Assembly: GCF_030144855.1 (NCBI RefSeq)
Contig: NC_082715.1
Span: 112,530,001-112,594,000 of the forward strand
DNA length: 64,000 bases
Source of the DNA: Hypanus sabinus
Taxonomy: Eukaryota
Direction: 5' to 3'
A model generated the notes under the pieces. That model searched no databases. It had not been told where the DNA came from and saw nothing but the letters and a program-made list of their open reading frames with translations. Position numbers and translations under genes: made by a program. Every line of letters starts with the position of its first letter. Position 1 is the first letter of the stretch. Below are positions 62,055-64,000 of the stretch, piece by piece.

Positions 62055-64000
62055 GACACAGACTTCGTTTGTTTTGACGAAGGCCCAGAAGAATTTGAAG
62101 AGGTGGATATTGACAAGCTTGTCAGAATTGCAGGCTCCAGTGACGGTGAGAGTAAGGAGCACATTGAAGAAAGGGATGCAAGTCCAAGGGAGGATGATAC
62201 AGGGCAACAGATTCCAGATGATGAATCTGGGAAGACATCAGAAGTACCTGGAATTAAGTCTGTGGGCGATAAAGCAAGCAACGAAGCTGTTCAGTCTGCA
62301 GAACAGGAAGGTGGGGACTCCCTAACACAGACTGAAGGGAGAGGAGCTGAATCTATAGATAGTTCATTAAGTGATGAAAGAACTCTTCATGTTGAAGATG
62401 AAGTTCCTGAAGAAAAACCTGCTTTTGTGGGTGATGATACTTCCTCTTTGGAAGACCATTCAATGGAAGGGGATGGTAGTAGCCACGTTAAAGTGAGCAC
62501 ACACTTGGAATCCAGTTCTCAGGAGCCAGCAACCACATCTCCAAAAGATGCAGGGAGTGAAGGGCTAAGTCGAGATGGCAGAGACACTCGAGTTTCCCTG
62601 GACGCTGAGGAACTGCTGTCTGTAGCAGAACTTGAATCAGAAGGTGGACAGAAAGAACTTGTAGAACTTGAGGGCTCTTCAGTATTAAAAACTAGATCTG
62701 AGTCAACAAGAGATGCGATTATGGTAGATCATGAAGTGGGCAGCAAAGTCACTACATTGGATGAAAAGACATTGTTGGATGTAGAATTGGACCAAGATCA
62801 TTTGGCTGAGCCTCCTGAAAACATAACCCTACTCTCCAGCTCAGATGAGAATTCACTTCCTCAACAGGATAAGGAAGTTGGGGAAGATTTAAAATCTAGT
62901 GAAGCTGACACTAAAACTACAACTCAAGCTGCAGATACTCTGGCAGCTTCTATTAGTCCAGAAAAGGGACAACCATTAGATAAAGTAACTGAGAAAACTA
63001 CCGAAAGTGGGGAAACACTAACTTCAAAAGACAGAAAAAGTGGAGGGCTGTGGACAACTCTTGGAGAGACCTTTTCTGCAGTTCTAACTGAAGATGAGAT
63101 GACATTCAAGGTTACAGACCCAGATGGTTCTGATTCTGAAGACGTGCTGAATGATCCAAGTGTGGGAAATAGTGAAAATCCAGTAGAAGAAAATAGGATC
63201 TATTTGTTGAGTATGTCAGAAGATGCTGGCAATAAGCTTCGATCTTCATTTGGTAAAACAGCTGCAACTGATGTTGCTGTAAAGGAGATAGAAGATCCTG
63301 AAGCCACAGTTCAGGCCCTTGACACGAGCCTGGAAACTGAAACCAATGTTGAAATGTTGGTTATGGAATATGAGGGAATCAAGCAGCAGCAACATGTTGC
63401 GTCTACAGTAGATAGTCAAAGTTCAGGGCAACACAAAGAGGGAAAATTGCAGTCACAGGACGCTGTGGATGATGAATCTGTGACTGTGCCAGAAACAGAT
63501 GAAATTAGTCTAAAAATTGAACCACAAGTTGACACTGAAGTTGAATTGGCAACTGAGATGAATCAAGAACTCCCAAAGTTTATCCAGTCAGAACTAGAAA
63601 CTGGAATGGACAAACCATCTGGGCATTCTGAAGGAATAGATACTGTAAATGAAGAGTTAAAATCGGAAGATCGGATAAAGGTAGTGACAAGTGAAGGGCT
63701 TCCTGCAAAAGATGCCAATACCACCCTTTCACAAGATGCAGTGCAAGTTGAAGATCAAATGACGGACCCAGAAGACCGCAGGACGGTGAAGAATGAAGAT
63801 GACATGCAAAAGAATGACCAGAGAGATGTAAATCTAACTTCAGATAGTTATTCAGAACTGCCTGACACTGGAATTTCAGATGATAGCCAAGGAGATCTAA
63901 ACAGTGAAGACAGTGAAGTTTTAGATGAATTCCTTGATGAAGATCAGCCAGAAGAGTTGTTAGAGGATGAAAATGCTGCAGATGCCAGAATGGCTAAAGA
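62055..64000 (+). CDS. MIA3: MIA3 large exon 4 (partial): DTDFVCFD then acidic luminal region through EELLEDENA; open to the window end
   Basis: gcag| acceptor, TDFVCFD motif, E/D/S-rich frame still in register at 63960 (LLEDENA); absent from the ORF track, probably because no stop occurs in the window. Confidence 0.92.

Noticed and set aside
62027-63109. Short alternative-frame and antisense ORFs over MIA3 exon 4
   Set aside because: Shadows of the biased acidic coding frame

Overview
Eukaryotic, repeat-rich vertebrate genomic DNA. V-SINE/HE1-type SINEs, abundant CR1 LINEs and Penelope hairpins suggest a cartilaginous fish (shark/ray); this is an inference. Three spliced genes can be reconstructed by hand with GT-AG junctions and consistent phases: YIPF3 (minus strand, coding exons 1-5, continues off the left edge), POLR1C (plus strand, complete, 9 coding exons, 347 aa; its ATG is 185 bp from the YIPF3 ATG across a CpG-rich bidirectional promoter) and MIA3/TANGO1 (plus strand, exons 1-3 plus the start of the large acidic exon 4, which runs off the right edge). 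Most entries in the ORF track are pieces of decayed retroelements. The introns contain a full-length ~6 kb L1 with a 12-bp TSD, a 5'-inverted (twin-primed) L1, a class I ERV with both LTRs but no PR/RT/env, Penelope fragments and palindromic derivatives carrying hammerhead-ribozyme relics, Tigger/pogo and Tc1 remnants, and CR1, Rex/Babar and RTE LINEs. I see no convincing wholly new gene system. The best leads are the hammerhead-bearing hairpin family, the deleted ERV with nested insertions, and the twin-primed L1. Repeat boundaries without a TSD or TIR are approximate.
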